Source: Camelus ferus (Eukaryota). Taken from it: a DNA stretch of 64,000 nucleotides. A program made the position numbers and the translations under genes. The notes beneath the pieces are model-generated. The model was not told the origin of the DNA. It searched no databases and saw only the letters and a program-made list of their open reading frames with translations. Positions 12,440 to 25,284 of the stretch are shown here, piece by piece (the stretch's first letter is position 1; each line of letters opens with the position of its first letter). Location: NCBI RefSeq assembly GCF_009834535.1, contig NC_045698.1, forward strand, positions 14,448,001 through 14,512,000. Reading direction: 5' to 3'.

Positions 12440-15400
12440 TTTTCTTAAATTGGAATCCAGGAAAAATGGAGAAATAGGGATTAAATTTTCTTACCACCTT
12501 GAAATAACTTGTGAAACAATACTTTTAAAATACCAGACATCACCAATGAACAACAGCAATCCCTAAAATACTGGAAATAAACAAGGCAAGCACAAAAAAT
12601 TGTCTGGAAAGAATTTCCAAGGAATTGTTCTAGGAGAGGAAATACAGGAGAAGCCCAGCAGACCTCCTGAATAAAAAAAGACAGAATTAAAGAATCAGAG
12701 AGAACAACATGGCTAGAGATTATGAACCAGAGTCCTGGCAAGGTGGCTAGAGATTATGAACCAGAGTCCTGGCAAGGAGAGAGCTACACAAAAAACAGAA
12801 TCCCAGAAATCCGCAGCAGACACTCCTGGGGAAATTAGCCGAGCATTAAAGTGCACATGCAGGTAAGGAAACTATCAGTGCACAGGGGCAGAAGCAGCAG
12901 TTAGAATTAGAAGTGAAGGTTAACAGTATTCACACAGGACCACGCATAGTGCCTCTCCTTTCCAGCCACAGTGGATATCTTTATGATTCAAGGGCCCTGA
13001 GACCTGAACTTAGAAGATGTTGTCTCAGGAGTGTAGAAAAATAACTAGACTAAATGCTGTTACTGGCCCATAAAAAATCTTGAAAGTAAGACAGAAATAA
13101 GCAGTTTCCATGTAATTTAACTGCATTACAGAAAAAGCTCAAGAACTTTTATAGGAAAACAAATATATCAAACACCCCAAAAAGTAAAATTTCTAACCCC
13201 TGGAATTTAATCAAAGATTAAACCAGGAATGTCATAGTCAGGAAAATATAACATACATAAACTGACTCATAACTCTTACAAGTATTATAATTATCAGAAA
13301 AGATGTTAAAATAAATGTAATAAAGTATAATCAAAGTTCCATATGTTAGAAAAATAAAGTAGAATCATGGAAATTAGAAAAAGACCCACATTGCCTGTCC
13401 AGAGATGAGAACTTCAACATGGGAGGTTAAAATATATTGGATGGAATTATGGGCAGAACAGATCTTACAGAAGAAAAGATTTGTAAACTTTAGAATACAG
13501 GAATAAAAACTATCCTAAATGAAACACAGAAAGAAAATAATTTTCTTTTATAAAAAGAGGCATTGTAAAACTAAACAGTATTACATGCAATGGTTGTTCC
13601 TAAAGAATAAGAGACGGAGCAGAGATTTAAAAATTTGAAAAAAAAGAAAAGGTAGAAATGTTTCAAATTTGGTGAACATCAGGAAACCACAGACGAAGAC
13701 TATTAACGTATATCAAGTATGAGAAACATGAAGACAAGTACAACTTGGGAGAGTTTCCAGTCTGCATTGCAGTTCAGGGAGGAGATATACAGGATAAGCC
13801 TGGTAGACCTATATGATCAAACTGCAGGATACATATGACAAAGAGAACATATTAGAAACAGTTAAATAATGTAGACACATTAGGTACAGAGGGACAAAGA
13901 TAAGCATGACAACAGATTTCTTGTCAGAAACTTTTTCAATTATAAGACAGAAGAACAATTTCTTTAAATTAATGAAGGTTAAAAAAAAACTCAACTCAGA
14001 TTTCTATACCCTGCAAGTTTTTTTTTTTTTCAAAGTTAAGGCAAAAGAAAGATTTTCTTCAAATATACAATTATACTGATATGGAGAAAGAGAGACAAGT
14101 CATACTTGACCAAAACCATGAATAAGAGAGTTACCGTCATTACTTTTTTTAAAGGATAATTAAGTTATATTACAAATAATTTTATGCCAGTGAATTTGAC
14201 AACCTGGATTAAATGGACAAATTGCATGAAAGATACAAACTACCAAAGCTCACTCAAGAAAACAAAATTGGAAAATTAATAGCCTAACATCTATTAAAGG
14301 TATTCAATTAGTATTTTAAAGTGCTAAAAGAAGTCTAGACCCAGATAGTTTCTCTAGTAAATTCTTCCAAGTATTTGAAAATGAAGTCAAAGAAATTTCA
14401 CATCAACTCTTCCATGATATTGAAAAAGAAAGACTGAAATCCCTTTCATTCTGTGAGTCCAGAATTATCTTGAAACAAAAAAACAGACACAGACATTACA
14501 TCATTGGTACAAAAGATCCAAAAAAATTAGCAAATCAAACAAACAAAAGAATAATACATTGTGGCCAATGGAGTTTATTCTGGGAATTTAAGTTTGACAT
14601 GGAAAATCAATTGAAATGACACACTTTATATAACATAAAAATCTATCTCAATTAATTTTTTACAAGGCTTTGGCAAAATCTAATGCTCATTAATCTCCAA
14701 TGGTAAATCTCTGGAAATTAGAAATAGAAGGAACCTTCATCAAACTGACAAAGGACATCTACAAAATATGAACAACCAACATCATGTTTAATGCTGAAAG
14801 GCACGTGTTTTCCTTTTCCCCAAGAAAAGGAAATACACAAGGATATCTATTCTCATCGATTAATTCACTATTGTACAGGAGGTTCTTGAAAGTGAAATGA
14901 AGGAATAATAAAGAATAAAGGGCAAGCAAAATGGAAAGAAAGAAGTATAAGGTATTCTTCACAGATGAAATGATCATCTATGTAGGAAATCTGATTGAAA
15001 CTATAAAAAGTTAATATACTTAGTTTGGTAAGATTGCAGGTTATAAAATCAAATCAAAGAAAATCAATCTGTAAACTATCAAACAAAGAATCAGAAAATT
15101 AATTTCAAACTTATTGTCATTTATGACAAAACAAAAATATGAAGCATTTAAGGTAAATCTGACAAAATATATGAAATATCTGCACAACAAAAAATTGTAA
15201 AACAAAGATGAGGAAAATTCAACTAGATTTAAATAAAATAAGAGAAATATTCTGTTCGAGTCAGAAAATGCAGTACTTTCAAAATGTCTATCCTCCACAA
15301 ATTCATCCATAGATGCAACATAATTCCAAATGAAATACCAGTAAACTTTTTCATTGAAACTGACAAACTAAGATTTAAATTCACATGGAAATGAAAGAAA

Positions 15401-16760
15401 CCTAGAGTAACCAAGTCAATCATAAAGAAGAACAAAGTAAGAAACTAATTGTCTGATTTTAAGACATTATAAATCTACAGGAAATAAGATAATGTAGTAT
15501 TGGCATAAAAACAATCAAATAAATCAATGGCACATCATAGAGATCCTAGAAACAAGCTCAATCATAAATGGGCAACTGATTTTTGAAAAAGGGGCCAAGA
15601 CAATTACTAGAAAAAGGCTAGTCCTTGCAACAAATGATGCTAGAAAAATAAATTGCACCATATACCAAATTCAACTCAAAGTGAATCATAGACCTAAACA
15701 GAAGAACTACACTAAGTCTTCCAGAATAAAACATAAAGTAAAATGTGACTTTGGATAACACAAAGATGTGTAAGATATCTACCTTTGTCTACCTATTTAC
15801 CTACTTATCTATCGGCATGAAATATAAGAGAATAAAAAGACAAGTAATAAAATGAATTATTTGCAAAGCATTTTTCTCACAAATAATTTGCATTAGGAAT
15901 ATATATACAAATCTCAGACTCTGTGATAAGGGAACAGGCTAATTGAGAAAACATTTAAACAGACACTTCACCAAGAAGATATATGGAAGTAAATAAGCAG
16001 CTAAAAATATGCTCAACAACATTAGTCATTAGGGAAATTCAAAATAAAACCACATGAGATACTTCTTCACCCATATTAAAATTGCTAAAACGAAAAAGAT
16101 AGATCATATCAAGGGTAGACAGGAATGTGGAGAAACTTGAACTCTCATACACTGCTGGTGGGAATATAAAAGCGTACAATCACTTTACAAAAGAGTTTAA
16201 TGTACATTCATCATATGATACAGCCGTTCAACCCCTTGGCATTCACCCAAGAGAAAATAAAGTATAGTTCCACACAAAGACTCTGTATGAGTGTTCATAT
16301 CCACCGCATTTGCCATAGACAAAATCTGGAGACAACCGAAATGTCTCTCAACAGATGAGTGGTTAAAAAAAATAAAAATCCATGGTATATTCATTCGTGG
16401 AATACTACTTGGAAATGAAAAGGATTCAACTGTTGGCACATGATCCAGTATGGATAAATCAAAACATAATTCTGCTTAATGAAAAGAGCTAGAAAAAAAT
16501 AATACATATTATATCATTCTATTTACAACATTTCTAGAACGTAGAATGTAATCTACAATACCAGATACCAGATAAAGAGATGGAAAGGCAGATTGGTCTA
16601 TAAAAAAGGGAGTACTAAATGGAAAGAGGAAACTTTTCCAGACAATATCAACTGCCTTGATTGTGCTGATGATTTCACAATATGCGTTTATTTGAAATCA
16701 TATCAAATTTTACAATGATGCAAACATGTTATTAGTTAAACAAGTATTAAAGAAAAATAC
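12440..16760 (+). mobile_element. Large decayed LINE-1 (L1MC/L1MD-like): 5' region, ORF1 remnant, ORF2 remnant and 3'UTR, internally deleted
   Basis: Collinear L1 landmarks: 5' region ('cacatgcaggtaaggaaactatc'), ORF1 ('acaacagatttcttgtcagaaact', 'actcagatttctataccctgcaa'), ORF2 ('ttcttcacagatgaaatgatcatcta' as a decayed FADD motif, 'agacacttcaccaagaagatatatgg'), and a 3'UTR ending near 'ccttgattgtgctgatgatttcac'. Many stops and frameshifts. Confidence 0.92.
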
Positions 16761-17977
16761 AGAGAATATGGACTTTCTGGAAGGAGAATTTATGATGTGA
16801 ATTAGCTTTAATTAAAGTGGCAAAATATATGTACTAGAAGAGCAACATCATTTAAGTATTTTAAATATAAAATTGTATACAAAAAGGAAAAAATGACAAT
16901 ACCATGGTTGCTAATACTAAAGATAAATCAAAATAATAGTATATGCATCCAAGCGTGGATTTGACTTGTTAGATTTTTAAGACAATGCTCTGTGCTTTAT
17001 TTTACCATAAAAGTTAAAGAAAAAGGAGCAGTTAACTAAAAATGTAAAAGTATATAGTTGGCAGTGAGAGGAGTATCTCCTAACATGGCTTTAGACTCAA
17101 ATTTGGGGTAAGAATCAATTAAGCCAATGTATATGGAAGTTCTTTAATGTTGAAAATAGTGTGCATGGAAGAATTTATTTTCTGTATTACTTTGAAAAAT
17201 TCTTCACACATAGGTGTTTAAAAATGGTTATTGACTAGACTTTGATACATTACTAACTCTGTATGTGAATCTGAAAAATTTGATGACTTTCTTCCATTTT
17301 AATTTGATTGCCTAAAGATTTTCTAAGTAGGTAGCAATCTTTGAATTTATTTTACAGGTTCAGATGCAATTTAAAATGTGATAAGTTCTAAAGCAAAGAC
17401 TAACAATAGTATCTAATCGTTCTTGTTTCCACTTGGATCCATCTTAACATCTGTCCAGCTACGTTAAATCCATGCTGTCTTCCAATCCTAGAGGCTCTAC
17501 CCAGTGAAGGCTGAGGAAGTGTAGTTTATTAAAGGTTCAGTAAGCCAATGTTTTATTCTCAAATGTTGACTTCTATTTTGTGCTGCTTATTTGCAAAAGA
17601 AAGACCTATTGCATTCTACCTTAAGAATAGAAAACTATTCTGTAGAAGTTTAGTGACTGAGAAAAAAACACAAAGTTGATAGAGAGGAATTACAGAATGA
17701 TTTACAAAGTTAAACAGAGAGTAAGACTGGGATTCATTAGGTTTTTATCTTTTTCCCCTTTATGTAAATAAATTACCAATCAAATTAGAACATTTTTGGA
17801 ATATGTTATTTATACTTTTTTGGAAAATTTGAAAAAAAAAAAAAAAAAGGTTGCACTTGCACTCTACCTATGAGTAGTAGACGATGACCAAAAATGTAAA
17901 TAGAGATGTAAACAGAAGTGTAAATATGAGATAGTAATATGTGCCAGGTGTTGCATTACTTACTACTCAAACAAACT

Positions 17978-18012
<35 letters not shown>
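17978..18012. repeat. (TTG)n microsatellite
   Basis: About 11 perfect TTG units. Confidence 0.95.
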
Positions 18013-18013
<1 letters not shown>

Positions 18014-18559
18014 TGTAGTACAAAAGACGGTAATGTTTAGGCATAATTTTCTTAATCTTAATATCTAACAAGTGCCAGAACTGAGCTTTGACCCCACATC
18101 TCAGATTTCTCTGACACCAGAGTCTATGTATAAGCATTATTCATTGCATTATTTCTGTCTTAGAAGTGGAGTGCCTGACCATAGTGGGCATGTGTGATCT
18201 GTGCTTAAACTACTGGCTGAGAGATTTTAGGGATGAAGCCTTGCTGGTGCCTTGATGGCAAAAATGAAGTCCTACTTCCACAAAAATAATAATTACTAAT
18301 TCCTCAGAGACAAACTTACATGTCTTTAAAAAATATATAAATCATGCTTATTTTGATGCATTGTTTAAATTCTCAATAAATACCTGTTATCTAAATCTGG
18401 TATCTGAATGATTAGTCAGGAAGAAGTTGCAGAATGAAAGTGACAAGTTTAGTTAAGCATATACATAGGATACACTCCAAATGCTAGAACTTTGTCTCAA
18501 TGCAATCCCTAAGTGCAAAGTTATCTAATAAACCTTGTTTCTGTTTGGGCCACTTCTCA

Positions 18560-18920
18560 GCATTAAAACTATACCAAGGAATATTGGTGGACAATCACAT
18601 TGTATTCACAATCCTGATTTCATAATTATAAACATTTTGGCATATATGCTTTATCTACATATTTTGATACACTTTTTTTTATCACAAATCCTACATGTGA
18701 AAAATTTCTTCTAAATAGTTTAGCATGTAGCTTTGAAAAATAAAGATATTTTCTTACATAATGACAAGTATGGCACCATTATTTTAGTTAATAAAATAAT
18801 CAGTCATTCTGTATTATCTAACATCCTATTTAAATAGAAATAACTCTGTCTCCAAATATATTTTTACATTTTTCTTGTTCTAAGCAGAATTCTGAGTCCA
18901 AAAATAGAATTTCAGTGAAA
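18560..18920 (-). mobile_element. Old LINE-1 3'UTR fragment (L1MC4/5-like)
   Basis: 'ttctaaatagtttagcatgtagctttgaaaaataaagatattttcttacataatgacaag...accatt' resembles the antisense L1MC 3' end. Confidence 0.55.
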
Positions 18921-19059
18921 TATTCTTCTAATTTTAGAAAGTAAAATTTAACATTAAACAATTAACTGAATAAATCAGAGTTCTGAAATAAATATATCAC
19001 TACAATAAACTCAGTAATTATGTTTATCACTGTAACCTGGACCAGTGAAACTTTATAAT

Positions 19060-19240
19060 CAGAAAGGCCCCAGTTCAAGGACTGGCTCTTGGGAACCACA
19101 AATTTATTCATACTCCCAATTATCAAATAATGAGCCTAAGGCCCAGAAAGGGTACATTAATTACAAACGATCACACAGCTAACAAGGGTCAAAAAAGAAG
19201 AGCTACCAATAAAGCTTGGAACTCTGGACTCTCAGTTGAT
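19060..19240 (-). mobile_element. MIR fragment
   Basis: 'aatgagcctaaggcccagaaagggtacattaattacaaacgatcacacagctaa...ggaactctggactctcag'. Confidence 0.55.
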
Positions 19241-20704
19241 ATTACTCAATTGAAAATGAATGATCAGTGATTGGAATATCGAAAATTAAATAGTATTTAG
19301 GTATTTTGCTCAGAATATAAATATTCAAAAAAAAAGACAGTTTCAACACGGGACTGAGAAAAGCAAGTAAATATAATTTACTGTAACTTATAAGCAACAT
19401 ACTACTGAATAATAGCCTCTTTGAAGGGTGCTGAATCTTGTGTTTGAAATTTCATTTTGCATGATCTAACCAAATGTAATAGAGAAGTTTTCAGAATCAG
19501 ACTGTCAGTCAAAGCAATTATACACAGACATGCACCAGGTATTTTTCTGTTCATAAAAGTATCTTTGATGTGGTCATGAGTTCTGCTAGGAGACCACCAT
19601 GCTTGTCATTTGCACTCAGTGTCCCTGGACCCATATGTCCATACTGGACTAGCTTTATCATTTCAACAGAGGAAAAAAACAATAAAAAACATTCAAATAA
19701 ATTGCCTACTTCCACAATGATCAGAAAACCTCAATTTTTGATATGTTTAAAAGGATTCAAGAAATTGATTTAAGCATGAGGGAGTGACAAAATTTCATAG
19801 TTTGAATTGGGTGAAAATGAAAATAATATGGTTTATTTATGATAAATAGATGCAAATATTATACTTCTTAGTTCTTTATGATTTTCAAAACTTCTGAAAT
19901 TAGTAAAATTCATTGACTTTCTTTGAATGGTCAAGATTTTTTTTGTATGTTATTATCATATACAATATTGTTATGTATAAGGTCCTTTTCTCTGCACCCA
20001 ACTTTTAAAATCATAAACCAATGGGATAAAGAAAGAACCTTGTTAATCTCCCCAATCAAGGCAAAAAAAAAAAAAATCTAAACATTTTTTTCCTTGAACT
20101 TATTCAGGCTTTAAGCAACAGAAATATCTAGCTATGCAAAGCATCAGTTTGACAGGAAGCCTCAAAACTTAAAAATCTTATGTTTTGGCTTGGTATCTCA
20201 GCAGGCGATTTCTTAGTGCCCAGGAGTTGCACTAAATCAGAACTAAATGGCCATTTGTCAGCAGATACGGCTAAAGCTCTCCACAATAGCTTTTCTTGTC
20301 CTTGTAGCCCAGGCCTAATAAATAAAGCCTGCACCTACACTAAAATTGGTCCCAACCTTTATTTTACCTTCTTACAAAACAATCTGGATACACCATTTTC
20401 ACAATAATGTTGAAATAGATGGTATTATGTTGTAGTATATTCTAGTTTAAAACAAATGAAGTTATATCAAAAGGGGTTCTAAAACACTTTTATATCCCCA
20501 TAAATATGCCTGGATTTGAATCTCAAAACAAATGTGACCAAAAAACGATTTATTTTTTCCAAGGTAAAATTGAAATCACAACAATGGGGAATTAAAAAGA
20601 ACGGATGCCAACAGACCAGCTGTGATATAAAAGTTCTACAAGTATAATCAGGAAATCTACGTGTGAATGCCAGCTTAATCAAGACGGAGTTGTTTAATAG
20701 GTTT

Positions 20705-20815
20705 TACTGTGAAGAAATGGGGATGTTAATACCTACCTTATCAGATTATTATGAACTCTCAGCGAGAAAAAAACCAACATTGCAGCCCCTGGCACAGCGT
20801 CTGACTTGTAATTAT
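20705..20815 (+). mobile_element. MIR fragment
   Basis: 'gaaatggggatgttaatacctaccttatcagattattatga' is the MIR core (aaaatggggataataatacctacctcatagggttgttgtga). Confidence 0.65.
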
Positions 20816-21859
20816 GCATAAAAGCTCACCAAGTTGAATAACTTGATTCGAGAGGGGTCATGGGCCCCTATTTGAACACTACACATTAAAAACACCTCAC
20901 ATACAGAGCACAGTGAAAAAACCTGCATGGGCTGCTGTAGAACAGAAATCCTCAGTATTTGTTTGAGTCCTTCCTTGGCGCTGAGTCTTAATCGCAATAC
21001 GGAATCAGATTTCAGAAAGTAGTAATAGACCACTAATATATCAACAGCTAATACCATCACTCTGAGTCACAGATGACAAGACCTTAAGGACAAAAGGACA
21101 TAGTAGTATCCACATGTTGTAATTGTTGTTTTAAGGAATAGAGGGGTGGCTGAGGGTGAGCCAGAGAGTGACCCTCAACATTTGAGGAAGGCAGAGCAGC
21201 AGTATATGAAATTATGGAAAATATCCATAGATTCGTAAAAGTGGTGCTAAATACAGGAGGCTGTAAAGCCAAATGATAGTTGCTTACTACACAGTTTGGC
21301 CTTGAGTTAATCCTATAAAATATCTAATTAAACACATAGCAATTAAGTCAGAAGATGTGTGCAGAGGACATACTATGTTTTTACAAATCTGCCTCATAAG
21401 AATCCCCTCTCGAATTTTGCAAACTTTATTCAGGTGCCCATTTGTGTGTATCAGTTATTGCATACTGTAATTAGGAAACCACTTAAAAATGCAGCTGTGT
21501 TTTCCAAATGATCCATATTTCAGTATGATTTTTTTTCTATCCCTTTGTTGTTCTTTTCATTTACTTAAACCTTTCATAGTCACAGATCTATTGAGAATTT
21601 GATTAAAGGTATGCAAACTCTAGGCAAGAAAAAAAATGCATAAAGAAACAAAGATTTGCACATGTTTTGAAGGGATCTGAAATAGGAGTTCTAGTGTTTT
21701 ACTTAAAGAAAAGCAGGAAATGAAATGTGAATCCACCAATAGAAAGAAACCAATAATTCTAAATACCACAGTGCCTCAACCATGGCACTTATCTTACTGA
21801 ATATACCTATACACACCCCTGATGGGTAAGAGCAAAGGATTGGTGCCAGAAGGACCTGC

Positions 21860-21990
21860 GGTTGATCCAGTTTAGCTTCCTCATCAATAAAATGGAGACA
21901 ATACACTTGTGTTATTCTAAATAATAAATGAAATTGTATATCCCAATCACTTAGTAACTGGCTTAGACTGGGCATTCAATAATTCATATT
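21860..21990 (+). mobile_element. MIR fragment
   Basis: 'agcttcctcatcaataaaatggagacaata...aaatgaaattgtatat...cacttag'. Confidence 0.65.
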
Positions 21991-24900
21991 CATAAAGTAA
22001 AAATATCCAGCATTTGGGAATTTTTTTCTTTTATTAAGGAAACATCACATGGTAGGTTAACCAGTTACTCCACATCTGGGAGCTCAGCTCTTTTTCTTGA
22101 GCTCAGCTTAGCTCCATGACATCCTTCTGGTTTTCTCCCCATCCTCTCATCCACTGAGGCCATGTCAATCACAGTTCATTTCTTCACAATGAATGCCTTT
22201 AAAACCATCCAGCCTAACAATTTGCTAATCTAACAGGATAGGTCATGCTAATAAGTAGAGTCTAGATCTTCCTCCCTCACCTCTTACCAAACATCTGTAC
22301 TTTGATATTTCTTTGTGTATTTTAAGAGCCATTCCCTATTAAACTAGCTCTTCACCAGTCTTGTTCCTCAGTTCAATTCAATTAATATTTACTAATCTAT
22401 TTTATGCTAAGGAATATGCTTTACCCAGAGAGCAGGGAGTTTCAATCAAGGATGCAGAAAGGTAGAATACAAATGCAAGTAAATTAAAGACACTCTCCTC
22501 AATTCAGTTAGTTAACTATTGTTATGAGGATAGACTGGGTAAGAAGGAGTTGTCATTCTGTAAAAGGTGAGACAAAGACACATTTTTTGGGAAAACAAAA
22601 TTCTAGTAGTTTAAGACTCAGCATTTAGACACTATGACTTAATAATAGGTAGAGTCTGATAAATAATAACAAAAGGGAAAGTTTAATTGAAAGGAAAATT
22701 GATAGAATATTTAGAAACAAGATAATGTTTGAGAATAATTGCAATTAACTCAAAGAAGACATTATACTTCAAGAAAGTCATCCTTTTTTCAAACAGCTAA
22801 TTAATTTGTTTGCTTTGTGCTCGTCCAAAAATATATAATTACTTATCAACACACTCTAAATATATATTCTTTGATTTATGTAAACTTTAAGTGTGTGATC
22901 ACTGAATTAAACAATGTTTCTTATAAGTATTTTTTTAAGAAGTGGAAGATTTTTATGAGATTTGAAATACTGAAGAGATGGATTTCATGCAGACTGGTTG
23001 AAAGTTATTTCTTCAGTGAGACGTGTCAAACAGATGACACTGTTGAGTAAGTGAAAAGGGATAAATGTTTGACTTTAAGCAACATGGGCGTTGCTGTTCA
23101 TCAACAAATGTGAAAGGAACTTGAAAGCATATAATCATATCCTTCCTTATGAACTGTCAGCTGGATTCTGCCCTCCAAAGGATAGAAGATGCTCATAAAT
23201 CTGTGATGGCTACATGACAAGAGAAAAACAGTCAACATGAGGAATAAGCACACACTCTCCTTGCCCTGGACTCCAACATCCAAACAAGTGGCAGCAAGAA
23301 AATGAAAATGTTGAGGACCCCTTTTCTCTTTAGCAAGGTAGTCCCTGATGTTCCTTCTCAGAATTACTTCTTTTGATAGAACACATACATCTCAACAACT
23401 GTAACTAGAAACAAGAGTTTTTACCAGTTCAAACCCAGCACAGACAAGTATCAGTCCCAGGTGACCTTTTGCAGGTAGAGGACCCATGCTGATTGCTTGG
23501 CATCATTTGCCTGTAAGTATCACTCTTCTTTGTTTTAGAATAAACAGTGAGCAAATGTTGAACTTAATAGAATCATATTGTATTTTTGTTTTAGCTGATA
23601 TTTAAAAAAAAACTGTATATAGTCCCATAAAAATATTGCCAATTTCTATTTTATCCATAGTGCTAATTAATCTAAATTGATAATTATATTTATATCATAG
23701 CATACCTTTGAGGGGTAAATGAGTTTATAAACACCAGTCCCTTGCTGGGTAACTGCACTATTAGTCATTTGCAAGATGTAGTCATATTGATGGCAAATAG
23801 AACTATATAGTCTATTACATATGGTCAGTCAGAAAGTTATGTAATTTACCTTGTTTCTTTATGTAATCATATAAGGAATACTTAGGGGACTAGGAAAGGT
23901 ATATAGAAACAAACAAACAAAACTCCTAAAACTACTACTGGGTAAGTACAATAGATATATTTTATTTTTTCTAACTGTATAAAATAGTATGTATAGACAT
24001 TTATAGAATAGAAATATATTAATACTCACATTTTTGAGATGGGAAAATATTAAATAACTTAAGTAACTATGTAATATGCAATTTCCCCATAATTGCAAAA
24101 GAAAATAATAATCCATTGAAAATGGTATGAGGTAAAATTTGAGTGTGAAAATCTATAAATTTTGTGCTCACATTAATTTCAATTAAGTATATAAAATTGT
24201 ATACTTGACTGTCTACCAAGGTTGAGATAATTTTTTTTAAATTATGGAACAACTATTAATTATTTTACAATGTAGAATGGAGTCTGGGGTTCTACTCTGC
24301 TCAACATTCAACAGGTACATTTTGAATTCTGCTGTTATTGAATTTAATTTGTCTACTGAAGATAATTTAATCATGCATTTACAGTGGACACGTACCTTTC
24401 TGAAAATTCTTTCTGTGAAAATTTGGATTAAATGTTTCCTGCCTTACTATAAAAGAGAGCTAGAGTATGAACATTCTTCTGAAATGTAAGCCCTTAATGG
24501 AGGACACTGCTAACTGTAAATTGGAAATTAAAAAAAAAAAAAAAGATGTAGATTGAGAGGAAAATTACAAACATACTAACCATGCAGTGGCAAAAATTTC
24601 CTTTTTCAAGGATATTGATCTTAAATCCACCTTACTTCATTAAATACTGCTATTGTCTTGATATTTATATCCTCAAATGTTATGTTTTATAGTTAAAGAG
24701 TGACTTAAAAGAGTCAAAATTTAAGTGAGATTTAACTTAAAATTGGTATAAATGTATGGTTAGGTTTCAACTGACAGACAGTGTAAAATCTCTTCTTCCA
24801 GCTTTTCTTCTTTTTTTTTAGTAATTTGCATTAATTTTGAATCTGACGAGTACACTTAAATTCACTCAGTAAACAGTGTCATATTCTCCCTCTTTACATT

Positions 24901-25245
24901 GCATAGACTTCTGTTTACATTTGACCTAGAGCCACGGAAACTTGGACTAACATTAAAAGTCTAATCAAGCTTTACTTTGTAAAACAATGAAGTGTGTGAT
25001 GTCCTGTCCGCTCTAACATAACCCTTTCTGAAGCTGTGCTAGGCGTCTTAGTCTCACATGCAGAGCAAGTGATTCAGTGTAAATATAATTCTGTTTACAA
25101 TTACCTACAATCTTAAGGATGATACTGTAAAATATAAACATAATAAATAATGTAATAATAAAGTATATATTAACATTTCAATCTTCAAAGTTATTTATGT
25201 TTAGTTCACATCCTGCGGCGTGAAAATGGATGTAAGTTTTTTTCA

Positions 25246-25248
<3 letters not shown>

Positions 25249-25281
<33 letters not shown>
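25249..25281. repeat. (AC)n microsatellite
   Basis: Perfect AC run; it explains the CVCVCV ORF at 25178-25405. Confidence 0.97.

Positions 25282-25284
<3 letters not shown>

Noticed and set aside
12710..12777. CRISPR-like direct repeats
   Set aside because: There are two copies with no spacer, in eukaryotic DNA with no cas genes. It is a tandem duplication.
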